Shown: one piece after another, positions 50,142-59,352 of the stretch | How positions within the stretch are numbered: the first letter of the stretch is position 1 | Layout of the letters: the number at the start of each line of letters is the position of its first letter | IMG/VR virus record: IMGVR_UViG_2597490325_000001 | Coordinates: 198,392-262,391 of that record | Direction: 5' to 3' (one strand) | Length of the DNA: 64,000 nt | From: a virus | Taxonomy: Duplodnaviria > Caudoviricetes | Position numbers and translations under genes: made by a program | Notes under the pieces: generated by a model | The model's database searches: none | The model's input: the letters and a program-made list of their open reading frames with translations, nothing else | Told to the model about the DNA's origin: nothing

Positions 50142-51068
50142 ATGAAACTCATCAAAAAAGTAATGTGTGTTGTTGGTTTTTCTGCAGTAACTTTCTTGGC
50201 TAACGCCGATGATATCTCTACTGGCGTTAAATTTACTAAAGAAAACCCTGTCGGTACCGTAGAAGTTCAAGGCAAACGTTTTCCAGTGTATCAAAAATCA
50301 CTGGTTGTCAACGTAGGCAATCAAGATGGTACCAATTACGTCTACAATACTCAGTACCAAACTGAATGTCTTAATGAGATGAAAGTCTCTAAAGATCTGC
50401 TTGATAAAGCAATTAATGCACTTCCTCAAGACACTGAATATTCAGTGTTCCACTTTTACCGTCAATCCACGAACAGTAACAAAGTAGAGGAAGGCTGTAT
50501 GCTTTCAGTCAACCAATCCAATACAGTTAGTATTGTGGATGGTGAGTTTCATAAAGTTTTATTTACTGGTAAACCAGTCTACTTTGCTTCTGAAGGTGGT
50601 GCGACATTCGTAGCCAATGCAAATGTAACACAAAATACCCGTGAAGTAATGGAGAATGCAATCGGTAGTATGACTCCCCCTAAAGAGAAAAATGAACAGA
50701 CTGTATTTCACAGCACTCTTCCTTTAGAGAAAGCTACTACCATGAACATTGCTAAGCTTCAGATTATTTCAGCTAGTCCAGAACTTCTTGTAGCTAAAGG
50801 TATTTTACCTAATGTCAAAGATTTTGGGCCGTTGCGTACAATGATGGGTCTTGAAGATTGCGAAACAGTTTTAGCTTCTAAAACCACTGCTTATTTAGCT
50901 AAAAAAGCTAATGACGATGGCCCGATTTCTGAGACTTCTCTGTATATTGCCGAACAAGACGGAAAAACTATGGACTATGGTTGCTATGCAATGATTGATG
51001 GTAACAAAGGTGCATATTTCCTACCAAACGGTGCAACTGAAGGCTTCATGGTTCAGTTCGTAAAATAA
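50142..51068 (+). CDS. Secreted/periplasmic protein with Sec signal peptide
   Basis: MKLIKK...TFLANA|DD; two internal repeats, each with a Cys pair. Confidence 0.75.
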   Translation: MKLIKKVMCVVGFSAVTFLANADDISTGVKFTKENPVGTVEVQGKRFPVYQKSLVVNVGNQDGTNYVYNTQYQTECLNEMKVSKDLLDKAINALPQDTEYSVFHFYRQSTNSNKVEEGCMLSVNQSNTVSIVDGEFHKVLFTGKPVYFASEGGATFVANANVTQNTREVMENAIGSMTPPKEKNEQTVFHSTLPLEKATTMNIAKLQIISASPELLVAKGILPNVKDFGPLRTMMGLEDCETVLASKTTAYLAKKANDDGPISETSLYIAEQDGKTMDYGCYAMIDGNKGAYFLPNGATEGFMVQFVK

Positions 51069-51070
51069 AA

Positions 51071-51123
51071 ACTTCCCTATACCTTCTTCGGAGGGTATAG
51101 GGAGTTTATTTTTTTTTTTTTTT
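51071..51123. terminator. Bidirectional terminator, near-copy of 464-509
   Basis: TCCCTATACCTTC TTCG GAGGGTATAGGGA followed by a long T tract. Confidence 0.85.
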
Positions 51124-51842
51124 TAAGCTACATATATTTTTTTGGTAGGTGAATATTTAAGCTGTTCTTTACGTAAGCGCTCAATTAAATCATCACGTTT
51201 ATCAGGAATACTTGAAAGTTCATCCATATTAAGATTAATTTGCGCCACAGCAGTATTAAGCTGGGAGAAGTATTTTCTAAAGCCAAATACATCCATCATT
51301 ACATCATAGTAGGCAAGTTTTTTAACCATTTCTGAAGCACCAACTGGAAGGGTACTAAAGTCTTTCCTATGAGTAGTTTTTAACACTAAAGCTAGCTCGG
51401 TAAGAGAATAAGTAGAATATACTCTTAACTGATTAGGTGGTAAGAACTGCCAAGTTTCAGGGTTAAGAACTGCTGAATTAAGAGTTGATGCAAACTTAGA
51501 AGTAGTTATTGCACCAATGATAGTTTGATAATCAGCGCCAATCGGTGTAAGCATATATGCTGAAGAGTTCATACCTCTAACTGGAGGCATAACTAAAGTC
51601 ACGTCCAGAATATCAAATTCATCACTCTTAGCTTCAATCCAATATGTGTTCATATTCTGAGCCACTTTATCAGTACCCAAATTACATGAAGACATGCAGT
51701 AAAATGGCATATATGTACTAATGGTTGGCAAAGTTTCTTGTTGTAAACAAGCGATAATAGCTTCTTCGCTTAACTCTAGTTTTCGGTGTGTGAAACCTAC
51801 TCTAGCCTTGATATGGTTTACTAAAAGGTTTAAATTTAACAT
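51123..51842 (-). CDS. Probable neck/head-completion protein (T4 gp13-like)
   Basis: L..HIKARVG....LELSEE.I N-terminus; late promoter AACA-N6-TA at 51903-51914. Confidence 0.5.
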   Translation of the reverse strand: MLNLNLLVNHIKARVGFTHRKLELSEEAIIACLQQETLPTISTYMPFYCMSSCNLGTDKVAQNMNTYWIEAKSDEFDILDVTLVMPPVRGMNSSAYMLTPIGADYQTIIGAITTSKFASTLNSAVLNPETWQFLPPNQLRVYSTYSLTELALVLKTTHRKDFSTLPVGASEMVKKLAYYDVMMDVFGFRKYFSQLNTAVAQINLNMDELSSIPDKRDDLIERLRKEQLKYSPTKKIYVA

Positions 51843-51992
51843 ACTTTTTTCCTAAAGTTAATATACCTTTTAAGTATATATTATTAGTTTGATAATATCT
51901 AATAATAGGTTGTTTAGTTTTTATCGTTTCTGTAAAAATTTTAAAATAGACAACCAATTATTAGTTTAACATATAGAATTTTAAGGTACTTC

Positions 51993-53237
51993 TTGATGAA
52001 AAGTAAGAAAGAGAAAAGACCTAATATCTTGGTTAGTATTTCAGATATTCATATTGAAGATGGGAATGCGTCAAGACTGGCCAATGAGCTTTTTAATCAT
52101 GAAAAAGGCTTTTTGTGCAAGGTAAAGGAAGTAATTGATCTTTGCAAAGAAGAAAAGATCAAGTTTATGGGAGTTACTATTACTGGTGACATGTTCCATA
52201 AAATTCTATCGAATAATGGGCCGGGAGCTAAATTAGCTTCTGACTTAGTAAATGCTTTAATCAATATCATTGTGTTGAGTGAAGATGCACACCTGATAAT
52301 CCTAAAAGGTACTCATGGACATGATTACTCTCAGCTCAATGTATTTAAGTCTTTGATGAAGAATTATCCAGGAAAAATATTTATTATTGATGAAGTATGT
52401 ACCCTGAATATTAATAACTATGATATTCTCTGTATTCCTGAGCAGTACATGACAAATCAGGATGAATTTTATGCAGAATATTTTAGTAAGAAATATGATA
52501 TAATTTTACATCACGGATTTTTTGATTTTAACTGTTTCTCTAAGAATGAGAAAGAAAAATCAATGCCTAATATGCCTATTTTTAAGAGTGAGCAATTTTT
52601 AAAGATGGCACGCCTTACTATATCTGGTCATGATCATGAACGTAAAAGCTATAAAGACCAGATTCATTATAATGGTTCTTTTTCAACCCATTGCTTTGCA
52701 GATCATCAAAAGAAAGGTTTCTTGACACATTATATAGATGCAGATGAAACTGTGACTGAATTTGTAGAGAATGAGTTAGCACCTATATTTAAAACCTTCC
52801 AGATTCATGAGATTATGAAGCGTGAATTTGAAGATGTCGATTTTGAATATGTAGTTAAACGAATTAAAACTGTCTATAAAAAATATGATTATCTCCGTAT
52901 AAAAATTCCTACTGAATTTATTTCTATGCATCCAGGAATGCTTGAAATGCTCAGAGAATACTTTGTACAAGAAGGTAAAAAACTGGTTCTGGAAGGATCA
53001 GGCGTCGTATTGAAAGATGGTGAATCTGTAATTGAATTCTCTGATGACGATGAAGGGATAGTAGAAGCTGATAATAGCGAATCTTCCTTTGTTGAAAAAT
53101 ATCAGTTCCTCTTAGATGAAGAAATTCCACTTACTGAAAAGATTATGGAATTTATCAAGAAAAAACACGGTAAAAAAATAGAGGACATTGATTTAGACGA
53201 TGAATTTATCAATTACTCAATTAATGTGGAAAAATAA
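51993..53237 (+). CDS. sbcD: SbcD/Mre11-like metallophosphoesterase nuclease
   Basis: SDIH, TGDMFH, GTHGHD, HHG, SGHDH, YNGS motifs. Confidence 0.85.
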   Translation: MMKSKKEKRPNILVSISDIHIEDGNASRLANELFNHEKGFLCKVKEVIDLCKEEKIKFMGVTITGDMFHKILSNNGPGAKLASDLVNALINIIVLSEDAHLIILKGTHGHDYSQLNVFKSLMKNYPGKIFIIDEVCTLNINNYDILCIPEQYMTNQDEFYAEYFSKKYDIILHHGFFDFNCFSKNEKEKSMPNMPIFKSEQFLKMARLTISGHDHERKSYKDQIHYNGSFSTHCFADHQKKGFLTHYIDADETVTEFVENELAPIFKTFQIHEIMKREFEDVDFEYVVKRIKTVYKKYDYLRIKIPTEFISMHPGMLEMLREYFVQEGKKLVLEGSGVVLKDGESVIEFSDDDEGIVEADNSESSFVEKYQFLLDEEIPLTEKIMEFIKKKHGKKIEDIDLDDEFINYSINVEK

Positions 53238-53243
53238 ATACTC

Positions 53244-53979
53244 ATGCAAGTAAGACGAAAATCCACCAAGAAACGAATTAAGCCAGATATTCCTCTGTCA
53301 GAAAGTATTTTCCGTAGGCTTTCTCTCTACATGCTTTCTGAGTATAAGAATAGATCGTTCTTGTCAAAACTTCTAGTATTTTACGAAAAAGTTAATACTA
53401 ACCTCTATTCGGAAGAAGCTGAGCTTTCAGATTATTTCCTGTTTACTTCTAGATTTGCTGAAATCTATGTGGAAGACGGGATTACTGATATTGAAGCAAT
53501 ATATGAACGTTTAACTGAGTCTCCTAAGAACGCTGATATCATTGAAGAGCTAATGGAGGCTCTTACAGATGAATTGGAAGAAGGTACATTTGATGGCGTA
53601 CAAGCTTCTAATGTAGAAAATGATATTATTGATCGTCTCAATTTTATCAATATAGCTAAGCATGTCAATCGTATTAAAAAGCATGTAAGTAGATTCGAAG
53701 CTGGTGATTATGAATCATATGCTGAAATAGTTGCCGAAATGGGAGTTGCATGTAAGAACTATTCTAGAGAAGTAGTTAGTCGTGCTACAACTTCGCTTAC
53801 CATACCAGACTTAGATACACAAAACCTGACACAATTCTCTAACTCTTTGGGCCGTGTTCGTGATTTTATGAATGACCCCAAGCGTGTTGTTAAAACTGGC
53901 ATTAAACGTCTAAATAAGATGATAAATGGTGGTTTCCAACCAGGTCGTGTATATTACTTCTGCGCAATATCAGGTGGCT
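53244..53979 (+). CDS. dnaB: DnaB-like replicative helicase, exon 1 (spliced product about 598 aa)
   Basis: KTGIKRLNKMINGGFQPGRVY...AISGG (first half of Walker A). Confidence 0.85.
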
Positions 53980-55069
53980 TAACTTTCGGGTCACTTTAAA
54001 GTCTATTAATTGCTGGGACGCCCTTAGAGCCATATAAACTACAACGTAATCAGTGATGATAAGCGTGAATGTTTGAAAATTATATGGATTGGGTAATCAG
54101 CAGCAAGGTGTCAAGTATATCTCTCCACAAAAGGAGAAATATATGGGAAAAAAGAAATTATCTCAAGCAGAGTTTTGTGAAAGAATAAACAAAACTCATA
54201 AACATCCCTATAAAGTTTTAGAAGACTATAAGACTATTGATACGCCTTTGCGAATTCAATGTCTTAGATGTACTAATATTTTTAAAGTTAAACCAAAAGA
54301 CTTTATAGGATCAAAAAATAAGAAAGGTACAGATTGCCCTAAGTGTTCACATCCTTCAAAGAGAAAAGATGTTAATGATCTTACTCAGATATTAGAGGAT
54401 AATGGATACGAAATGCTTTCTAAATATGAAAATACACATTCAAAGGTTTTATTTAAACATTTAAAATGTGGTAATGAATTCTTAATGAGACCAAATAACT
54501 TCTTTATAAAAGGTAATCGTTGCCCTAAATGTACGATTTCCAAAGGTGAAGAAATTATAGAAGCTTGGTTGAAAGATAATTCATTTTCATATACCAGTCA
54601 ATATCATCCAGGAAAAAATAAAATTGGAAGTAATTTTCTAAGTTTTGATTTTTCTATTGAAATTGACGATGAATTAATATTATTGGAATATGATGGTAGA
54701 TTTCATTTCGAACCTAAATCTTCTAAAGCTGATCATATCAAAAAATTTAATGACCAGCAAAATGCGGATTATAGAAAGAATGAATACGCCGTTAATAATA
54801 AAATTCCGCTAATAAGAATTCCTTATTTTGATTTAAAACGCATAGAGATAATACTTGATACCGTGTTCAACGACTATCTCCATTCAAGTAATACATGCAA
54901 TAAATGTATTATGGAGAGTACATCACAAACTATTGGTGGTGGAAACATAGACATCTCAAAGTATATAGTAAACTTTTGGGATAAGATATAGTCTGATCTT
55001 GTATGAAAGTACAAGCTGCCCTAGCTACTAGGGCGGGTAGAGCGTAGTGAACTCTACTGAACATAAATG
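53980..55069 (+). mobile_element. Group I intron in the DnaB-like helicase (1090 nt)
   Basis: P1 GGTGGCT/GGTCACT with U.G; P6 GGTGTCAAGTAT(54107)/ATACTTGATACC(54851); P7 GACTA(54872)/TAGTC(54989); ends AAATG. Confidence 0.87.
54143..54991 (+). CDS. Intron-encoded homing endonuclease (Zn-ribbon repeats plus Vsr/PD-(D/E)xK-like domain)
   Basis: CLRC, CPKC, CPKC.ISKGEE.I, SFDF...LEYDGRFHF, LIRIPY; ATG 54143 has RBS AAGGAG. Confidence 0.85.
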   Translation: MGKKKLSQAEFCERINKTHKHPYKVLEDYKTIDTPLRIQCLRCTNIFKVKPKDFIGSKNKKGTDCPKCSHPSKRKDVNDLTQILEDNGYEMLSKYENTHSKVLFKHLKCGNEFLMRPNNFFIKGNRCPKCTISKGEEIIEAWLKDNSFSYTSQYHPGKNKIGSNFLSFDFSIEIDDELILLEYDGRFHFEPKSSKADHIKKFNDQQNADYRKNEYAVNNKIPLIRIPYFDLKRIEIILDTVFNDYLHSSNTCNKCIMESTSQTIGGGNIDISKYIVNFWDKI

Positions 55070-56130
55070 GGAAAAGTGGTCTATTACTTAATACAGCTTT
55101 ATGGGCTATGAAGTATAATCCTAATATTAGATGTTTTGATTCTACTAAGCAGCCATGTGTAGTTTATATCTCACAAGAAAACGACAACCAAGAAACTATG
55201 GAACGAATGATTTCATATGTGGATGGTGTTGGTGAAGATGGTAAAGCTGAAGATACGGATAGTCTGTTAGAACGTTTTCGTAATGAAACTATTATTGATG
55301 GAAGATGGATTCTCAAAATCATTTATAAACCTATCAACAGTATTACTACTGGTGATTTGGAAGGTATTATCAATGAAGTAGAATTAGAGCTTAACTGTGA
55401 AGTTAAAATGCTTGTTCACGACTATATTAAACGTATTAAGCCTTCTAATGCTTTAGGTGATATTCGTTTAGATATTGGCGAAGCAACTAACGAATTAAGT
55501 GCTCTTGCAAAACAACGCAAGATTCCAATCGTAGATGCCAACCAGCTTAACCGTGAAGCATATAGAACTCTATCAGGAAATGATGGTAAGCAGAAAAAGA
55601 ATCAAGAACAAGAAGGACGTGGTGGAAAGAAAACCGATTTAGGTAGAAATCTCGACCAGTCTATGATTTCTGAATCAAATATGCTTATTGAAAACGCTGA
55701 TGTTGTAGTTGCAGTTAACCGTGAATATGACTACCAAGGTGTAAATGCTTTTCTTACTTTTAAAGACTTGAAAAACCGTAGTGCTAAAGGTAATAATAGT
55801 CCTATGAATACATACTTTGCTCATCCATTTGATGGATTAAACAGTATGCGTTTAGTAGAAGACTTAGATCTACCAGAATCAGCTTCTTTCAATAATGTAA
55901 TCGATGCATTTGGCGGAGATTCAGATTATGAAGAGGATGATGAGTACGATTCAGGCGGTTCTACTCAAGGGATAGATGAAGAAGAGCGTAGTAGTACCAA
56001 ACGTAATAATGGGAATGTTTCTAAAAAACGTGGGGACAATTTCAAGAATAAATTTGTAAAAACAAAGCAAGATTTTAATAAGAAAGGTAGTCGTAAATCA
56101 TTCGTTGAAGAGATTGACGAAGACGACTAA
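55070..56130 (+). CDS. dnaB: DnaB-like helicase, exon 2
   Basis: KSGLLLN in frame upstream of ATG 55108; YISQEN, VHDYIKRI, ANQLNR, ISES, KNR. Confidence 0.85.
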
Positions 56131-56134
56131 GATA

Positions 56135-56170
56135 AATACTCCATATCCTCTACAAAGGGGATATGGGGTT
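56135..56170. repeat. Hairpin element heading small-ORF array 2
   Basis: Near-identical to 39098-39132. Confidence 0.75.
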
Positions 56171-56190
56171 TATTTTTATTGTGAGGTTTT

Positions 56191-56436
56191 ATGTTTATCT
56201 TCATAACCCATAAACAAAGTACTACAGCCATAAACGATAAAATTTTTAAGGATATAGATAATCGTCCTATGCATTTAGTTAGCTGGTTCAGGCAAGAAAT
56301 TGTAAATAAATATGAATATATAGCTAAACCAACATATAAAGAATTTCCAATAGATTTATTTAGTGGGAGTAAAAGCCATATGATTATGAAAAGATTTGTC
56401 AGCTTAACTGAAGTTGTATCTAATTTTACATTGTAG
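56191..56436 (+). CDS. Hypothetical, array 2
   Basis: RBS GAGG; 81 aa. Confidence 0.6.
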   Translation: MFIFITHKQSTTAINDKIFKDIDNRPMHLVSWFRQEIVNKYEYIAKPTYKEFPIDLFSGSKSHMIMKRFVSLTEVVSNFTL

Positions 56437-56464
56437 ATATATTATATAATTAGAGGGGTATTTC

Positions 56465-56719
56465 ATGCATATACATAGAATAGATGAATTAAATAAGTAT
56501 GAAAGAAATAATCTAATAAGAAATATCTTCATGCATATTCATGGGTTGATGTTGTATGAAGCACAAAAGATAAGGGAAGCTAGTTTTGCCCATATCGTTA
56601 TAATTACTTTAGAAGAAAATCATAGAACTATTTCAATTAAGGTAAAAGAAAGAAAAGGAATTTACACCGAACGTCATAGAGTATTTATAATCCGGAGAAC
56701 TTATCCAAATGTTTCATAG
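56465..56719 (+). CDS. Hypothetical, array 2
   Basis: Early promoter 56438, RBS GAGGGG. Confidence 0.6.
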   Translation: MHIHRIDELNKYERNNLIRNIFMHIHGLMLYEAQKIREASFAHIVIITLEENHRTISIKVKERKGIYTERHRVFIIRRTYPNVS

Positions 56720-56993
56720 AAATTTTGGTTTAAAGAAAACTTTTGATGTAGCTACTTTAGAAACTCAAAAAGCTTTAATGAAGGCTATTAAAAATTTAGC
56801 ATTCGAATATAAACCGACCTATACTTTAGAATCACTACTCAATGATACTTTTTTAATAGATAGGTCTAATAAGAATGAGCCATTTAACTCTGTAATGGTT
56901 TATGCTTTAGGAGGGTGGCCATTAAGTCATTATGAAGAATTTACTAAAAAGTTTGGCTTTAAAGATGGTGTCATTAAGGTATTTATTCGATGA
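56709..56993 (+). CDS. Hypothetical, array 2
   Basis: Coupled ORF, RBS GGAG. Confidence 0.6.
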   Translation: MFHRNFGLKKTFDVATLETQKALMKAIKNLAFEYKPTYTLESLLNDTFLIDRSNKNEPFNSVMVYALGGWPLSHYEEFTKKFGFKDGVIKVFIR

Positions 56994-57253
56994 AAATAGT
57001 AAAAGAGTTAATACATAATGTATCACAAAAAATAACTTTATTTACAAATATATCGGAAAATGATATATTGTATCATAGAAAACAGAGACTTTATCGTGAA
57101 ACTATATTCAGACAAACTAGATATGATGTCTTGGATACATTACCTGATTACTATGTAGAATTTAAAGAACTTGGTACACGAATTGAAACTATTCCAATTT
57201 GTATAGGATATACTAATGAAATCAATTACCTTAGAGCTTATATCTATTCATAA
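56990..57253 (+). CDS. Hypothetical, array 2
   Basis: ATGA coupling. Confidence 0.6.
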   Translation: MKIVKELIHNVSQKITLFTNISENDILYHRKQRLYRETIFRQTRYDVLDTLPDYYVEFKELGTRIETIPICIGYTNEINYLRAYIYS

Positions 57254-57497
57254 ATTAATGGAACAAGGAGGCCCATGTCCTTTTTCCATGCCGGAAACCT
57301 ACTTAAATGATAAAGAAAAGTTTGATAATCAGGTATATCAAGTATATGACTATTTAAATATGACTCGTTTATCTTCAGATGCTTCATTAATTGATCGTTC
57401 CAATAATAGATTTTCCGGAGAATTACGTTTTAGAAAGTTTAATGAACATGATGCTCTATCTATTCTATTCAATTTCAAATTAGTAATACATATATGA
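57216..57497 (+). CDS. Hypothetical, array 2
   Basis: Overlapping ORF; start uncertain. Confidence 0.55.
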   Translation: MKSITLELISIHKLMEQGGPCPFSMPETYLNDKEKFDNQVYQVYDYLNMTRLSSDASLIDRSNNRFSGELRFRKFNEHDALSILFNFKLVIHI

Positions 57498-57817
57498 AAA
57501 AGATTAAATACGAAACTAATAATAGATCATTCTTTTTAGGAATGCGTCTATATACTTATGAACTTATTATCAATGATTTTAGAAATATTGAAAAGCGTAC
57601 TATATTGAATAGCTTTGTAGATTCAAATAATAGTATTGATCGGAAAATTATGTTAGAAGTACTTAGTTTTGAAGGAGAACGTTATAGTCGTCCAACTATC
57701 TATCCTAACTCTTCTTATTATACAATAGATTTAATTACATCTGGTATAGATTTAATGACTGACCATAAGGAAGAATTCTTTCCTACTGTAATCATTAGTG
57801 ATGGATGGGATGAGTAA
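57494..57817 (+). CDS. Hypothetical, array 2
   Basis: ATGA coupling. Confidence 0.6.
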   Translation: MKKIKYETNNRSFFLGMRLYTYELIINDFRNIEKRTILNSFVDSNNSIDRKIMLEVLSFEGERYSRPTIYPNSSYYTIDLITSGIDLMTDHKEEFFPTVIISDGWDE

Positions 57818-58089
57818 TGTTTATAAACAAAACTGGAAGGGATGGTTTATCTGACTTTATTTATGTAAGAGACCCGGATGCCCAATTTGAGGCCATAGAT
57901 AATTATATCAGAATTTTCTTTGATGATACATATTTTATATGGATTACTAGATATTTTCATGAATTAATTAAATATACGGATATAAATAAATCATTATATA
58001 TGAATGATTTGAATGCACCGAGACCAGTTGACCCGAATGACGATTTCAATTTCATATTCTCAGGTATAGTGGAGTTTGATTATAAATGA
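57817..58089 (+). CDS. Hypothetical, array 2
   Basis: TAATG coupling. Confidence 0.6.
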   Translation: MFINKTGRDGLSDFIYVRDPDAQFEAIDNYIRIFFDDTYFIWITRYFHELIKYTDINKSLYMNDLNAPRPVDPNDDFNFIFSGIVEFDYK

Positions 58090-58367
58090 AGATATTTACT
58101 TCAAAACAAATAGTCTGGCCTGGAGAGGGTGAAGATAAAATAGAGCAATATCTAGCTTTAGCTAAAATTATTATGCGTCGTAATGCTATTTCTCAGGCTA
58201 ATAAGTCTTTAGTTTTGTCTAAAAGGAGTTATTCAGTTACACATTGTCTAGAAATAATTAAAGTTGACTTTAATGAATTGATTGTTAATCAGGACATCTT
58301 TACACTTGACATAAATGACAAAGATATACGTAGTCGTATTTCACGTAAGATAATAATAGGAAATTAA
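58086..58367 (+). CDS. Hypothetical, array 2
   Basis: ATGA coupling. Confidence 0.6.
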   Translation: MKIFTSKQIVWPGEGEDKIEQYLALAKIIMRRNAISQANKSLVLSKRSYSVTHCLEIIKVDFNELIVNQDIFTLDINDKDIRSRISRKIIIGN

Positions 58368-58369
58368 AA

Positions 58370-58636
58370 ATGATAACTGTTCCAGCAGCAATAGAAACTT
58401 TAGTAGATAAATCATTAAAAGAAATAATAGTTCGTATAGCGGCAGATAAAGCCAGAGCCTACTCTATTTCTGAAGTACATTACGATTTGATAGATATCCT
58501 AAAAGAAGTAACCAATTCAGATATTACTAAGATCGTTGATATATGGAATGTAGATGACCATTACCATGCTAGAGCAATTTCTGAAGATTATGTAGGAGTT
58601 TCACTTAATCTAACTTTAGGAGAAGTAGATTATTAA
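58370..58636 (+). CDS. Hypothetical, array 2
   Basis: RBS AGGA; 2-nt gap from the previous ORF. Confidence 0.6.
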   Translation: MITVPAAIETLVDKSLKEIIVRIAADKARAYSISEVHYDLIDILKEVTNSDITKIVDIWNVDDHYHARAISEDYVGVSLNLTLGEVDY

Positions 58637-58638
58637 CT

Positions 58639-58950
58639 ATGTTTATCAGACAAAGAAGTTACATTCTTGAAAGTTCTATATCTTTCCATAGAGTTTGTAT
58701 TGTAAAAAGTTTTAGTGCATCATTGGTAAGGGAAAATAATCTCTCAACAACCTTAGAGGATAATCTAAAAGATTTATTCATTCGTGATATGGGAGTAAAG
58801 AATGGATTTAAAAGAGATGAATCTCATTTCCTTAGTTTTGGTATTTACAAGCCACAAGCTATATACTTAAGGTATTCTGAAAATGAAAACAGTAAAATTC
58901 AATATAGAAAATCCATGTCCTCGACGACCAAGCCCATTCAACAAATCTAA
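58639..58950 (+). CDS. Hypothetical, array 2
   Basis: RBS AGGAG. Confidence 0.6.
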   Translation: MFIRQRSYILESSISFHRVCIVKSFSASLVRENNLSTTLEDNLKDLFIRDMGVKNGFKRDESHFLSFGIYKPQAIYLRYSENENSKIQYRKSMSSTTKPIQQI

Positions 58951-59074
58951 TTTGAATATGTTTATTGGAGTAATGCTTACGACATCATTTTTAGAAGTTC
59001 AAATAAGAAGTTACGATCCAATTATGGACTCAGAGTATAGAGAACCTATCTGGATAAACTTCAAAGGGGATTAG
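58883..59074 (+). CDS. Hypothetical, array 2
   Basis: RBS AAGGT; overlaps the previous ORF. Confidence 0.55.
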   Translation: MKTVKFNIENPCPRRPSPFNKSNLNMFIGVMLTTSFLEVQIRSYDPIMDSEYREPIWINFKGD

Positions 59075-59076
59075 TA

Positions 59077-59349
59077 ATGAAGATAAGACAAATAGATTAC
59101 TCTAAGATGGAGGATATACGTTCTAATAGAATTAAAAAGCTTCATACACCTTATGAATTCTCAAAATTCTTTAATACTTATAGAATGGCATGTGCTTTGA
59201 AATCTAGCTCTATAAGAACTAAACCTAATTATCTATCTCCTTTATTTGAGAATAATTTCTTCTTTCAATCCCCTAAACCCACCTTTGATAGTCTATTAGA
59301 AGTAGGAGATCATAATGGTACTCGTTTCTTTTTAACTTTAAAGGAATAA
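59077..59349 (+). CDS. Hypothetical, array 2
   Basis: RBS AGGGG. Confidence 0.6.
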   Translation: MKIRQIDYSKMEDIRSNRIKKLHTPYEFSKFFNTYRMACALKSSSIRTKPNYLSPLFENNFFFQSPKPTFDSLLEVGDHNGTRFFLTLKE

Positions 59350-59352
59350 CCA

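Noticed and set aside
35218-56130. Split gyrB, gyrA and dnaB read as pseudogenes, inteins or stop-codon recoding
   Set aside because: The stops fall inside inserts with group I intron hallmarks (U.G P1, P7, omega-G), and the exons rejoin in frame. No intein C...HN motifs are present, and other genes are intact in the standard code.
464-56170. Recurrent hairpins read as a CRISPR array or MITE/IS
   Set aside because: They are dispersed singly at gene boundaries, with no regular spacers, target-site duplications or transposase.
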